A stretch of DNA of 63,370 bases, filler included, from Choristocarpus tenellus KU-1152 (GCA_964200185.2; 9 parts of 9 records of this genome joined end to end with filler, not necessarily neighbours in it); one strand, 5' to 3'. Counted from the whole stretch's first letter, positions 1 to 14,074 are shown. Program-made: numbers and translations. The notes: a model not told the origin generated them from the sequence alone.

Positions 1-62
1 TTGTTTGACCGACACGGACGCCCCCTCACAAACCTCCCCCCCCCCCCAAGATACTTTGACCC
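1..62. mobile_element. Terminal fragment of MITE (family C; C-tract + AGATACTTTGACCC TIR)
   Basis: Nearly identical to 60698-60760 and ends in the AGATACTTTGA TIR core shared with MITE families A and B. Confidence 0.75.
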
Positions 63-3000
63 TGTGTTTTTCACAGTTTAGGTAGTATAGATGTAAATAG
101 GAAGTTATCGAGTAATCTCTAATCTTGCAACTCATACTGAATATGTAAGGTAAACATTATTTTTAATAGTGTTGTTAAAATAGCGCTTACTTCTTTGAAA
201 GAGTAATTCGATCGACAGTAGTAGTAGTAGTAGAGTATTAGAGGTAGTAATGAAACACAAATAATGGTCAAAGGAGGAGATATTACACCAGACCAGCATA
301 ACGTGGTGGGACCCGACCAGAAACAATTATTCGTGGATATCCATAAAACAAAACCATCGGACCGTGGACCTTTCCAGGATAAATATGCCATTATAAACAG
401 TTATTACACAGAGCTGGACATAACATCGAGATTGTTAACCAGACCAGGTTATGAACCGGACAGGGTCAAATATGTGATAAAGAGAGTCGAACCAGGACCG
501 TCGAAGAATAAAACTAGACCGGGCGTTCACCTAACCCTGTTAACCACATAACATGACTGTTGTAAATCTGGTGACGTACATACATTCAACGTCCATGATG
601 AGGAGTAAACTTGGACTTGTTATCTGATTTTGATATATTTTACCTGTACGTACACGCGTAGTATGTATCTATCTGGACAGGGTCCTTAACAAAATAGAAT
701 TTCTTGTACATTTCAACGTAAGCTAAACATTAGTAGTATTATCTGACAAGTACAAAGCACTACGTACATAAATTAATATTAGTACGTAATGTATAAACTT
801 GTTTTAATAGTATATCTTGGTTCGTCTGATCTGTCTTGACCAGTGATTTTCTTCACCACCCTTACCTGAGAGAACCACGCCCCCACAGAATCATACGATT
901 CACAACTGAAATATTTGCAATGATTGGTGTTGTCATTCCTGTAGGGAAATGAAGAGACAAAAAGTAAAAAACACAACCACAAGGTTCATTGAACAAATAT
1001 GTAGTATTCAACAGCAGTTTTATTATTAGTATTTTAATATTTGAGGTGAAATACCTTTTTGACACCTTAAAATCTGCATGTATACAGTATCATATACATC
1101 TATTTACAACTAAATCTGTATGATGTTGTAAATACAATACCACTACTACCATCACTACTAGTAGTACTGAGTTGTTGGCATAAAAAAATAGTACAAAATC
1201 ACAAAACAGCTGTTTGCTTATACCTCCTCTCTTAAAAAACCACTCCTGCCGGCAATTTGTCCCACTTGTGTCTCAGTAACTCCATGTTCTTGGCTTCTTG
1301 TCCACCTCCTTGATCAGGTGCCTGTTGAGCACAAATACGTGAGATAGTCCACCTTTTATGGACTCACTCATGCCACATTACAATGCGCTAAGTGTCAAGG
1401 AGAAGTCAGATCAGAATTTTTTCTTGATCTGATAACTCATGCGGTAAATAACATATTAGAGTGGCAATCAACGATGCCAACAGAGGCAGTTGTGCCTTTT
1501 GCGGCAACTCCTTGCAGTTCTATCACCAGTCTCTGAAGTATCCTTCTTCCAGTGCCCAAGGTCAAACTCACCCTCACCTACTACCTCATCCTCCAACATG
1601 TATACTTACTGTGATTTTTAGTTCAAAACCTCTGAAAGATTGACTTTTTGCCTGATTAAGTACCATGTTCACCTGTTCCTTCCTGCTGATCCATGCCTTC
1701 TGAAGGCATGGATCAATGTACTTCTCTGTACCCATTGCACATGTAACTGCTGCAATCTAGACTTCTTTTTTTGGTCATAATTGGGACATGAAAAGGCTTT
1801 GTTCAACACGTTATGAGGTACATTAATGACGTTATCAGGAATATTTGCACGTGCTAATGTAGCTGGAGAGCCTTGCTCATCATACCCTTCCACACCAACT
1901 GAATCCTTGAGTAGGTTCTGCCACTCCTGTTCAAACAGGACCTCTGTCCTTCAAACAAGTACCCCTATCTATGCTTGAGACCATTCTGCATGGTTTGGCG
2001 AGTGGGTCCAGGAAGAGTGCCCAGATCGTGAGTTTCATGTGTCCTCCGGAACAGCTCACAGAATACATGTATGAAAAGCGGCTATGGTGAGGGAATGATG
2101 GGTGTGGCAGTCACCCCTCACTCTTCTAAACTTATTAGAAAAAAACATTAGTGGAGTAGATTCTACTTCAATTAGACTATAGTCTGCTGTTACCAATACT
2201 AGGACTTTTCAACTTTCATTTTGCACAACATCTGACAGGATAATCAACATAAATTAGTAAAAATGATTGAACAGGGCCTGTCCAAGGTCACCAGAGAATT
2301 TGACTGGACTGGGCCACAGTCTGGCCCACAGCCCTGGTCCGATCAGTTGGTGCTGTATAAAGTCCTGTATGCACCCACCGTAGTTTTGTGCATATAACTA
2401 TCATACTCTTATTCTCTCCATTAATGTATTGAACATATTGTCACGGAGGGAACAAGAAGCAACACAAAAGGTAAACGATACAACAATCATGAGAACAAAA
2501 CCTGTACTGCTTACTATTATTGTTGTTCCAGTGTTGTAGTTTGGAAAAACCTGGAATCTTGAAGTGGGCCAGGGACAAGACCTCAAGATGAGACTAGCCA
2601 TTTCACTACACTAAAAGAGATTGAGACTGTATGTCTTGAAATGAATAATAATAACAATAATAATTATGAAGATGAAAACGCCTAGCTATGCCTGCCCGTG
2701 CTGCACCAAGGGACACATGGATGTGTTGACATGGGCCAGGGCCAATGACTACACTTGAGATAACAGTTTTGATCATGATTTCGCTCTGGTGGGCCACGTT
2801 GATAATCTCAGCCAAAACGGTCAATCAACTATATAGCTGAGAGTCTTATCTAGTTGCATATCTCAACTGGTTGGCTATCTGCCATGATAGAGTCGATATA
2901 CCAAGTGCATCTGCCACTTTTTCTTAGCACAAACTTACTTGACAACCCAATCATTACATGACTGCGTGTAAATATCCACATGGCAGTATTATACTTCAAC

Positions 3001-3434
3001 ACAGTAGGCCTGATACATTGGAGGATGTGGCAGAGGAGATGAAAGGGACCTATATGTAAAACGTTTAAAGTCTTGGTGGGAGCAACCAATGCCAATGTCC
3101 TATTGTAAGCATCCTGTGAAGGTCAAGTGCATGCACTCACTCCCAACATCCTCACCTTTCCATCCCAAGCTAGCATGTGATGGCGTTATGTGCGATACTT
3201 TGTTTGACTTTTGATGTTCGTCTCTCGCAAAGTCTGCAGTAAGGAGTGCTTGGTGCTACAAAAACACACACATATACAACTCATTACTTTGCTCCTGTTC
3301 TCTCAAAACTGCTTGTTGTATCTAAGGAACAAGATTCACCCAGTCTAAACTAAGCCACCTCAGGAAGGTGATGGTTGGAGACTGACTGGCGTCCTCCTGC
3401 TTGTACGTCTCTCCCTGCCCCTCCCCCACCATAG

Positions 3435-6400
3435 CTATGCTTCACCGTAGAGGCGAATAAGCTCATCAGAGACTGCTGATGGTGTGAGGACCCCAAGGTC
3501 TGTAAAGAGCAATGTGATGTACTCTGCAGGAGTGTAATCAACACATGGACTGTGACATTGACAGAGGGTGAGAGTTGGGGTGGGAGGTGAAGGGCCATCA
3601 AGAGGAGAGAATTGAAGCCATTTGAAGTTTTATGATGCTGGTGCAGAGTGTTTATGAGGGATGAAGTGATTGAGCAAACTATATTTCCTAACCACGATCC
3701 AAACGTCACCTTCACTATCATAGTGAATAACCAAAGGGAGGCAAAGGGGACTAATCTTGCCACACCTGGATGCAGTGATGCCTTTAAATGTGCCTTCTGG
3801 GACCTTCATCTCAACTGGCGGCACCCTTCCCTCTGGGAAATCTCTCTGGTCAAGGGGGAAGAGTCGTGCAAACTTGTAGCTCTCAGCTGCAACGTAGAAT
3901 GGCTTGTTGAATGCTTTTGCCATGACTGCAAGCTGGAAGGTCCCCACCTGCAAGGTCAAAGAGATGGGGACTCATGAATGGTTGTGTGAGTCTGTGTGGG
4001 TGCAGACACTCTGGAATAAGTGGCTGAGGATGGAAGCAGGTGAACAAAAAGGTTTGGAAGGGTCTCTATCTTGGTAGTGCTGCGGAGTACCTCAGTTCCC
4101 AAAGCCACAATCGCTGATTCACTGGGGGTGCACCTATAACAGAGGCTCATGGAGGATCTGCCGCACATATTAAAGCATAGTTCTGCAACAGGTTGGGACA
4201 GGATTGTCTCGATGGAGGCCATAAACAACCAACCACTCTTAACATACCCTCCAACATCTAAACAACGAGCTTAACAGATCCTGGACACTGTATGGAGAGA
4301 GTAATACTAGTCCTACAAAAAAAATACACAGACAAGGTACTTCCACAATGTACTCCGAAGCACATTATACATGATACACACACACACACACACACACAGT
4401 TAAAAAGACGCACACACCTTGTTGACAATACCTCCATTCTCCAGCACCCCCTCTGCTCCGGTGACACAGAGGTGCGCCCGTTCCATAAAATGTCCCACAG
4501 CCGAGTCCAGTATTACTGTCACAGGCACGCCAGCTTCTGCAAGTTTTGATGCACACGCATATCCTGCACCCTCAGGACTGCCCTCAGATACGATTACACT
4601 GAAATGCTGCCAGGGTATCAAATATCACAGAGGAGAAATAGGGTACATGTCGTCAGCAGCTATGGGGTTGCAGAATAGGGCTCTCAACCAGTACTGATGA
4701 AAAAAATGCGCCTCTAGGTGATGCTTCAGTGTAGAATTTGGTTGAAGGATTGATGGGAGAGGGTGGCATCTGATTCAGAATGCAGAACAAATTCCAGAAT
4801 GCACCTTTCCAAAGACAGCATGACCATGTATGACAGGACGGTTCAATAAAGATACTTCAACAACCTCAACCATGGAGGTTCAGGGACAACACAAGGAGAC
4901 ACTTTGAAGCATTCTACAGTCATCCCAACTGCCATATCACAAGTCCAAGTGATCAAACTGTAGCATCACCAAGATCCCTCCACATCAGGAAGCATTCACA
5001 AAACCCTGACCAAAGCAGAGTTGAAGACGGAGCCAGCCCCATTCATTTGGGCACTCTTTGGTTAATTTCTCATCAAAACTATTCAATGTATTTAACAGAA
5101 ATTCAACTCAACACCTACCTTAGTGGCTGCAGCTTTGAGGAGAAGCAAGAGGGCACAGCGAGAGTATCCATGTGTTAGGACCACTGTGCCGTCACGTACA
5201 AAGCTGTGCCCAAGCCCTGCAATCTGGTCACGGCTGGTCTCAGAGGTTTCAGCGAACGTTTTCCCCCTGCATTCAAAATGTAGAAGATGAAGTCGGGGGT
5301 GAGAGCAAGAAGGGTGGTTGGGGTAGAGGATGGAGTAGAATGTGGGACTCAGCACTATACAACATTTTTTCCTCCCATTAGTACATGGAAGACACCACAC
5401 TAACATGTTGCACTGTTGTATGGTACATATCAGAAATTGGTCGTTATCATACACATGTGTAATGATAGAGTTTAGGACCTACGGCAGTTGTGCTTTACTA
5501 CTTTTTGTAGAAATTTTATGTGTTTCCATTCAAGGACAATGCTCAGCAGGAATAGTAGGTGTAAGCTCATTGGAGTGAGTGCGTAGAGATTAATGCGCCT
5601 GTTCGTACGAGCGTACCTTGACAGGAGTTGTTGTTTGCAGGACTCATCGAAACCAGACCCACCCACGGACTCGGCCACAAAGCGAGACACATGTCGCAAG
5701 AAGAGCTGGCACGCAGACGAGAGCGATATCGTACTTCTGCAAGTAGGTGGGTCGTAAATAGTTGGGTGCTTTCATATCTAACGAGGATTAAGATGGGACC
5801 AATCAAAAAGACGAGTGAGGTTGGGAAGGACAGTTCTTTGATTCTAAGGCTTCCCCTTGCGCTATTGGCGATTCACCCCCTGGAGTAGATTTATACCTGA
5901 ACTACCCTCAAATACGACCTGCTAAATGTGAGGCTTACTCCTTCAAATCAACGGGAAATATCTGCTTCAACACGCTCGTGGCCGATTTTGCATCACCTAC
6001 ATCTTGTGTATAGTGCCGCTGCTCTAGAGGCTCAGCTCTTTCAAACTGAAGCCTCCATTTCAGCGTTCAAGTGAAACATGCAGTTTCCCTCCCTTTTTGA
6101 TCTGCTAACGATCCTCTGGTTGACGAAATGATACCCCTCTCACGTTGTCGAGGCGGACATGTCTTGCAACCAATGCGAAAGCAACCAGGCGAAAACACCC
6201 ATCCACCCTATGCCTACCTCACCTATCTCTAATCATATAACCTCCCAGGGTGTTCTCCATAATCTTGATTGCATCCTTGAGCTCCTCCTCCATACCTCGG
6301 ATGGTTGTGTTTTTACTCCGTTGGATAACACCAATTAGGGTCTTGATGGCCGCAACTGGGATGGCCGTGTCCGGGCCAAGCAGCCTCTGGAAGTCATCCA

Positions 6401-6440
6401 CCACCTTCTGATGCTCCCCATCCATGCTCTCCTTGCTCAT
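3435..6440 (-). CDS. EIF2B1: Translation initiation factor eIF2B subunit alpha, complete, 323 aa; exons 6440-6223, 5736-5617, 5266-5119, 4606-4418, 3947-3766, 3549-3435
   Basis: Six GT-AG exons join in compatible phases (972 nt). Conserved IF-2B motifs: [104 protein letters not shown]. Confidence 0.96.
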
Positions 6441-7137
6441 TTCACCTCTAGATCAACGGATTGCACCCGTCAGGGAAGGAGTTTGGTCACACGACGAGGT
6501 CGAGGTTGATGACAGTTTGGAGGAAGAGAAGGTCACCTTGGAGTTGCAGAGACGTGCATGGCATTCAACATTAACATAGTCCATTTTAAGCACGTGTGTA
6601 TTCATGGAGTGATTGCATCAAGAATCTTCACCATTACCTGCTCAAGAGAGTGCAATCTTCAACAGTGTGACGAAGGCAAGTCGACGACAAAGATATCGCT
6701 GCCCCTGTCTTGTCCCAAAAATATTGTGACTCCCGCAGTACGTACCTTTGTCGCTCAACGACAGTCAACCAAAGTCAGTCGAGTGAACAATTGCTGCTTC
6801 ACACCGACTTCTTGTCATGGGCTCCCACATCGCTATGTTGTAGTGGCTGGGTATTTTCTAGATGTATATGTCAGTTGGTGGTCTTTATATTAGTAAAGTA
6901 CGCGACCCTGATCTTGTTGTCGTTTGGACCACGCTGACTTTTTTTATGACACCTGAAGTAAACATGACTCCATAACAAAGTTTATGGTTATGGTGATCCT
7001 CATTCGTGAATCTCCTTTACCCTCTCTTATCTCCTCTGTTTTGGGATTGCCGCCGCCTGCAACGTCATATCCCTGCTACTCCGAAATGTTTACTTTCCCC
7101 ACCCGGTTTATCCCGACGTGAAGATCAGCCACCAACA

Positions 7138-7308
7138 ATGCGGATCCCCAGGTCCTACGTGTTGGGCTTATGCTTTCTAGAGTTTTTTGGACGGGCACAA
7201 CCATTCCATGCAAAATCCTCCTGCACCACTCGATGCGGCCGCCAATCCCAAACCTGGAGCAGGGCTCTGAATGCACGCGGGGGTGGAGAGCGCTATATTG
7301 ATAAGAAG
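7138..7308 (+). CDS. First exon of a gene with a putative bipartite (signal + transit) plastid presequence; rest lost at contig end
   Basis: MRIPRSYVLGLCFLEFFGRAQP-FHAKSSCTTRCGRQSQTWSRALNAR: hydrophobic signal, Phe at the predicted +1 site (ASAFAP-like), then an S/T/R-rich acid-free stretch; AAG|GTGATG donor. Head-to-head with EIF2B1. Confidence 0.55.
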
Positions 7309-7513
7309 GTGATGAGTTTGAGGGCAAGTTAAGCGAAGCATATCTCATCTCATATGATCTACTGAAAGATGTTATAAGACTTCAAAGGCTTCACCTAGTT
7401 GCCCTAATAAATGGTGGTGGGGCAATGGAATCGTATGCAGTGTGCAATATGCAAGGTGGGGGTGCAATCTGTGCTGTGAAGCAGGCGATATCAATTTTTT
7501 TGATGTCTTTGCC

Positions 7514-7613
7514 NNNNNNNNNNNNNNNNNNNNNNNNNNNNNNNNNNNNNNNNNNNNTTAATTAATTAANNNNNNNNNNNNNNNNNNNNNNNNNNNNNNN
7601 NNNNNNNNNNNNN
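7514..7613. other. Artificial contig-joining spacer (N44-TTAATTAATTAA-N44)
   Basis: Identical 100-nt spacer with stops in all six frames; repeated at 12832-12931, 21326-21425, 37141-37240, 47197-47296, 52034-52133, 55602-55701, 60598-60697. Confidence 0.98.
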
Positions 7614-8680
7614 CAGGAACAAAAAGAAATAGCCACGGGTCGTGTGCAGAGGGCTACTGCAGGGAACGAGGTTCGTCACTGCGGCAGGGAAAAAAAAAAA
7701 AACGGCAAAGAGTGTGCAAGCAGAAAGCTGAGTTGAGGCTTGTCTCTGTAATTGCTCAACCCCTTGCATGCTCTCGTACCAAAGTGATCCTGTGTGAGTC
7801 ATTCTGGGGGATTCATCTCAAGGATCATTGGCGTGAATTTTGGGGGGCTATATGAATAGTTGCACCTTTATAGCGCACTAGTCCAAGGCCACCTTCCAAT
7901 ACAAGAGATGGAAGGCGTTTCGTAAGTTAGGATGGGTCAACTTGCTTCGGTCTACACCATCAGCTAGTCCTGCAAAAAAGAGAGGTGCCAGGTACTCCAT
8001 GGGACCGAATCACGAACAATTTTACTCCTCACTCTAGACAAACTGGTCCATGATAATTGCATCTCATATCCTAACCGCCTTGCTAGGAAAATGTCACAAG
8101 CAAGTCCGTGCACACTACACCGAGTGTAATGGCAGGGTGCGGATAAGTACATTCGTGCTGTATTCTGACTATTAAAGCAGTCAATCCAGGGTAAAGAAAC
8201 AACAGAATTATCATTCCAAATGCTCGCTTGACAAAAAGCACATCAATCACAGTGATGATCAGGAGTCCATGGTTAGGTCAAATATGGTAGCGTTCGTGGT
8301 GCACTCCACTGCAGAGGTGCGTGAGGACCTGTGTCACACAAATTCATCAGCATGATGGATGGCACCACCAGCATCAGTTCTCACATTTAGGCAGGACTGC
8401 AAAGTTCATCTTGAGCCAGGACAGAGAAATAATAAAGGTTTCTGTTTCGAAATCTAAAAACTACATAATACTTTCCTCTTGTCGAAGCACCCTCGTCCAA
8501 AAAAGTAAGATATAACTGTGACCACGGATCCAAGAACAGACGGCTTGCGAAAATTTGATGAGTGCTTTCCTTACAATCTTTGCGCACCATCTCAGTGGAT
8601 GGAGAGGTGCACCAGTCCTAATCGAGTAGTAGAAGAAAGGAAAAAATAGCGCCCCCAGTCAATCAACACGAGAAACTCAC

Positions 8681-9285
8681 CCTGTGGCACAAGCGCATGT
8701 GCCTCCTCCAGTTTACGCAAGGCCTCAGGTGCGATCGACAGGTGTTCATGGTTGCGATAGTTCTTGTCTTTGCCGTGAAGCTGAAGGGAGACGAGTCGAA
8801 ATGAGGGCAACAGCAGAGGTGGAGATTGTATAGGCTAGATCAACATGTCCATGACTTACGGAACTGCTCGAGCGCATGGTTCTGCAACACAGACCCATCG
8901 TCGCTCAACAACAAGGTCGGGCATAAGACCGTACTACAGAGTTACACATTTGATTAACGGTGATATCGTGAGCAGTTGTAAGAAAACGCTGGCAGATAAT
9001 GCAAAGCTAAGATGCAAAAGTGGGCAGTCTCAACATCTTTGAAACGATGGGTCGTCTTCATGCCATGTAGAAGCTGGTACGCCAAAATCTCCATACGACT
9101 TGTGTATTCCCCATATCGATACTGTTCCCCTTGTTTCTGACCTCAACCAAAGTGTTGACCTCTTCTATGACCTTCTTGAAGGCCATAGTTTGGCTCCCCT
9201 CGTGCATGCCAACATTCACGCTGTCATCTACGTCTTGGTCTAGTGGCGGGGTGTTATCTGGCACTACATCATCACTTTCTTTCAT
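8681..9285 (-). CDS. Possible short multi-exon gene or pseudogene of unknown function (exons ~9285-9142 and ~8780-8681)
   Basis: MKESDDVVPDN...EEVNTLVE with a GTCAGA donor, then a pyrimidine tract + CAG and LHGKDKNYRNHEHLSIAPEALRKLEEAHALVPQ with a GTGAGT donor; no recognisable domain. Confidence 0.35.
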
Positions 9286-9576
9286 TCTTTCCTTTCACTA
9301 CGCAAGGCCTGCCACTGCTGTCTCAGCTCCTCGGTCCTTAGCTGCGCAGGATTCGCGAGGTGGACCTTGAGGGGATCCGTGTTAGGATTTGTATTGTGTT
9401 GGACAACTCTGGACCGACTGGTCCACATTACCGACCGAGTTGCTGTTTCACCCATAATAATCTATGTTATCTAATTAAACGTAACACTCTGTCACATTAT
9501 TGCTCTTGGTGGAGCAATCTGTTGATGGATATATTGATGATTTGTCACAAAAAAGCGAAGTGTGATCTCACTATTG

Positions 9577-9724
9577 AACAGCCGATTTCAATAATTGTAT
9601 ATATATATATATATATATTAAATAACAATACAAAAAAAACATATCGACACTTTATCCCAGTCAATTTTGGGTCAAACCCATCCTCAATGAAAAGCTCCAT
9701 CCTCAATTCTTGAAATCGGCTGTT
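9577..9724. mobile_element. 148-bp MITE (family D), 20-bp TIR AACAGCCGATTTCAAKAATT, ATTG direct repeat on both flanks
   Basis: TIRs match 19/20. The right part recurs inverted at 63304-63370 and the TIR recurs near 62926. Confidence 0.8.
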
Positions 9725-10299
9725 ATTGGGACTTGTTTCATTCGGGGAATGTTGGTGAAGAGAATTGCTCGATAAGACGAACCTCATACGGACCAAGACG
9801 AACAGTAGCGAAGAGAACGAGGTTAAGGTTGAACGTGTGGATGTGTACAGGGCGATGCGAAGAGGGGAGAATCACGATTCACAGAACGAAGGTCTCAAAC
9901 GATCTTTCAGTGATAGATTGATGTCTGAATGATTTTCCCTTCTGTGGAAGCATAGGTATTTCACCGACCTAATCACCAGGGTTCTTGGAAAGAAAGTCGA
10001 GCAGTATGACGGTATAAATGGGATGGAAATGTGATGACACCCCTGCTTTCCACATTTCACACATACATCGTAAGTCCACCCAAACATATATGGATGAATC
10101 TCTCTCTTCACCCACCAATGGCAGGGTCGAAAGACCCATTAATCGTGAGTCAATCACTACTCACTGCCTATATAGTCAGCTGGAAAAGGAAGATTTGAAA
10201 AATTGTTGCACCAAAACATCAAGTTAGGAAGTTGTTGTGAATAGATAGTCTGAACATAATAAGTGGATTTTCCTCACTCACATATCTCAGATATAAATA

Positions 10300-11533
10300 G
10301 TGGTGAAGTAACTGATTAGTGGTTTCCATACTTACAATGTTTTATAGTGTTCTTACATTTAGGATATTTCATTTCTTTAGGGCTAATAACGACAGATATT
10401 ATATATAGTTTTCATTGGTTTCCCCCCTGACACATCTATCTGCAAATCAGAGGGCATAATAATAAAATATAAATACCATCTTTGGAGTCAACTGAAGTTA
10501 CTACAACAAGAAGACCTTAACTGTTTTTTGGGTACTTGGTGTATGTACATCTTCTTAGTGGTGTAGTTGATCGGTGAGTATTTCCTGAACAAGTTTCTGT
10601 GATTTGTGTTTTCTACTCATTAACTTGGGAGGTTTTGCCCAGGTATAGGGTGGTCGGTTGCAGGTGTATGCTGTAGGTAGTCGAGTAAGCGAGAGGTATC
10701 AGGTTGCACTATAATAAGGATCTCGGCAAATATGTGCAAAGTTCAACTTTTTTTTCAAGTATGTGTAAGATATTTTCCGAATTATGTCGAAATCTTTCAA
10801 AAAATAGACAAATATACCCTCTCAACTCAACCTTACCACTTCATCCATAGAAAATTGGGTGATAAGCTGGCTAAAGATGTAAGAAAGTCAATAACTGGGT
10901 ACCTGTCGTTTACTTTGACTCAATAACAATAGTAAAAGAAAATCAGAATAGAACATACATATTCTCCGACTACATCACACTTCGGACAAATCGAATCCGA
11001 TTGGTTGCGTACAAATCAATGGCTACTCCTCCTGTAATAAATGTGAGTTATGCATGTTTGGGCACATCAACACAAATCAAAGATTTAGGAGTAAACTCAT
11101 TCATTTATTATGGATCCAAATCATTTGTACTAGCTAATAATTCTGGGAGTAGTGTAGGACAAATGTTTTGACAACAAGATCAAGTATTGACAAATCAACA
11201 CACTGTGATTTGTACAACTTGTGTGTATAATAGTAAATCATTGTGGAGAGATTCAAATCAATGAATTTGTACCAGGAATTTGTTTGTACATTTTGACGGT
11301 AGGAGAGTTTTTGGTACGAATTATTTCTACATGTCCAATAGATTGGTGAGTAGTACCACAAACATTATACACATTTTTATTATTATGCCCTCTGACATTT
11401 TGGAGATATCTCAGGGGGGAAACCAATGAAAACTATTCACATGTCAGTGTATGTCCTCAAGAATTAAAAAATATCACAAATGTGAAAAACATTAATATTT
11501 TGTTATGTCACAATTATCCATAGTGTACCACTA
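10300..11533. mobile_element. ~1.2-kb non-autonomous DNA transposon with long imperfect inverted repeats
   Basis: 10405-10470 is the reverse complement of 11373-11435 (TTATTATGCCCTCTGA...CAGGGGGGAAACCAATGAAAAC), with weaker similarity extending outward. The same arm recurs at ~63218-63280. Outer limits are approximate. Confidence 0.7.
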
Positions 11534-11775
11534 CCTTCCTGCGTCTCCAATCTACCTATTCCTGTGCCACAGGGTGAGGAGCTAGGGAGGCATCCCTAGA
11601 ATCCAACAAACCTCTCCGTGCCCATCTCCCTGGCGACTCCAGCATAAAACTCAAGACACGTCTAGACAATGCCACTTGCGTAGTTACTGAAACAATTTGA
11701 TGTAGCCGGGGTTTAACCACTCATTTCCTGCTATATCCTCCAGTTCCTCTCCCCCCCACCATGTGTATAGTCAGC

Positions 11776-12312
11776 TCATCCAGGAAGCATTCCGCTTGCT
11801 TGGCCGAGGTGCCCAAAACTTTCCACCGTGAAGGTGTTGAGGTTGTAACTATGAGGATCAAAAGAACCATCCCTCATAGTGGGTGCGCTTTCTCGCCTCA
11901 TCGCAGCAGCAGCTACATCATTGCTGTTGGATGAGTGTGCAAGATGGGAAGTTGCCTGCACATGTGCAAATATAACATCAAGCAGAAGGCCTTTGTCCCA
12001 GTAGGGAGCTGTTCCACCGTCCGCCAGTGCCCCTGCATGGAAAACTAGATCCATGAAGAGATTTCTGTCTACCGTGAAGGGGTGTCGCCCTCCGTAGTGC
12101 AAGGGATGCCCATTCCCTTGCATAGTTGGCTTAGGCATTTCACCATGGGTGTGTGCTGTCGAACCTGTCCTCCTGCTCGAACGATGGGGGGCCTTCATCC
12201 TTGGCATCCCAATAAACACCCGCTTTGACAGTTTCACGATGTTTTTGAACCAACAAATGCGACTTTGTCGACTTTGCGCTGGTGATCCTCCTCTGTCATG
12301 AAAGCTCACCAT
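11776..12312 (-). mobile_element. Decayed 3' end of a non-LTR retrotransposon (restriction-like endonuclease region)
   Basis: MDLVFHAG...GLLLDVIFAH...YNLNTFTVESFGHLG resembles the RLE C-terminus (PD...D...xxExxGxxG). Shares KRVFI.MPRMK-encoding DNA with ~22960-23070. Confidence 0.6.
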
Positions 12313-12549
12313 ATCAAACTTTGCACACCTCCCAATCTAGAACCAAGTCTCCTTGAGAGGGTTTATCATGTGGGCAGTTCCCAGGCGAGAACAGAGCTTG
12401 CGAAACTTATGTTACCTTTAATTCCGAACGGAGGAAGTATTTGATTTCAAGAGTCCATGATTTGTACACATTTGATTTTTCCTATTATTATTGAATCACA
12501 AAGTAAGATTTGTACACGATTGTTCTTCCCTACTTAATCACAAAAGAAG

Positions 12550-12831
12550 GTTTGTTCGATATTTGCCCATTTGGGGTTTATCTTCCCATGATTTTTTATG
12601 TCCTTTTTCGGTTTTCTGTGTGAACACAGTTACCTAAAATGTGTACGAATATGAAGGTGTGTCCGGAGCAAGGATATTGACACATTCTAACAAACACGAT
12701 AGACAAAATAAATCGAAATTGCAACAATGGATTTGACCCAAAGTATCTGTGGGGGGGGGGGGGGGGGCTACGTAAGGGGGTCCATTTGGGGGGAAATTAA
12801 AAAAAAAAAATTTAAAACCTCCATCACCAGG
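12550..12831. mobile_element. Truncated MITE family B copy (~12550-12734) interrupted by a family A-type end (12735-12831) at the contig end
   Basis: Internal family B sequence (GGATATTGACAC..CTAACAAACACGATAG) followed directly by GACCCAAAGTATCT-G-tract. Confidence 0.7.
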
Positions 12832-13177
12832 NNNNNNNNNNNNNNNNNNNNNNNNNNNNNNNNNNNNNNNNNNNNTTAATTAATTAANNNNNNNNNNNNN
12901 NNNNNNNNNNNNNNNNNNNNNNNNNNNNNNNGGTCACGTCAGAATCAATTGCAGTACTGTTACCCCCCCTCCCCCCCCTTGCTAGGCCCCCTCCTTTCTT
13001 CTTCCAAGTTGATGAACAACAAGCTCGAGTAATGATAATATTGTTCTGTGTAGAGTGCCAAGTAGAAAATTATGATTCAGGGGGTAGGGGGTAGAGCTAT
13101 GTCATACAGAGAAACATTTTGACCAATGTGATGACCTAGTCTGCTCTGCAATTTCACTGTCCCAATCTAACAACTAC

Positions 13178-14074
13178 ATGCGCCAGGACTCTATGCTGGG
13201 GGTCAGCAAGGGCAGGGGAAGGCCAAAGGGATCAGGCAAGGGCAAGAACAAGAACAAGGGCAAAGATGAGGTTAAGAAGGGCATGGGGAAGAAGAAGCGG
13301 TCCAAGGTTGAAGGTGGTGCCAGTACAGGTGAGAGTGTGTGCACAGTTTGAACACCACTCCCTTGTCTGGTGGTGGGTGAGTTTTGAGCCTTGACCACTG
13401 TTTAGTGTTGTGGAAACATAGTTAGGTTGTGCCCATTGTAGCAGCCTCAGTGATGGTTGTGTTGCAGTTAATTTGTTTTGGTATTGATTTTCCCAGGCAG
13501 GTTATATGCAGCCTTGAAAAGCAAGGTGTGAAGGATTCTACCACAGCTTGTTGTAAGGCTACATAAATCAACCAAGATCTCACTACCATTTTGCCTTTTG
13601 ATAGTCTTTTGGGAGTCTTTTTTAAAGAGTGTTGCCTTTGCCTGTGTGATCAATTCATGAAACATATCTAGCTCTCACCTTTACCCACTTAAGGCCAAGT
13701 GCTGATTGTTGCACCTGCCTCTTGTCCTTGCCAATTCTAACCCTACCAAGCCAGAGGAACCTACTGTACCTCTTCCCCATGTCCTACTTTGTATCTTCAT
13801 TGGCAACATATTGCAATGAACTTTCCTTCTGACCCCCAATAACCCCCCCACACACCCTGTGAAATTTACCTCCTTTTTTGTTTTAATGCGTTTGTTTGCA
13901 GGGACACCTCTCAAAGACCGGGCTTTGCGTCGGAGCAGTCGAAGAGATGCATTGTCTCGCCCCTCCTATACAGAGGATCCATCCTCTTCTCTGGATGAGT
14001 TAGGGCAACAGGATGAGGTGGAGAGGAAAGGGGGGGAGAGGCAGGAGGAGGAGGAGAAGGAGGAGGAGAAGGAG

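Noticed and set aside
1250-3230. Protein-like minus-strand fragments downstream of EIF2B1
   Set aside because: Many stops, no recognisable motif and no consistent exon chain; left unannotated.
7514-7613. Recurrent TTAATTAATTAA palindrome flanked by Ns
   Set aside because: It is an artificial all-frame-stop linker; ORFs running into it and any synteny across it are artefacts.
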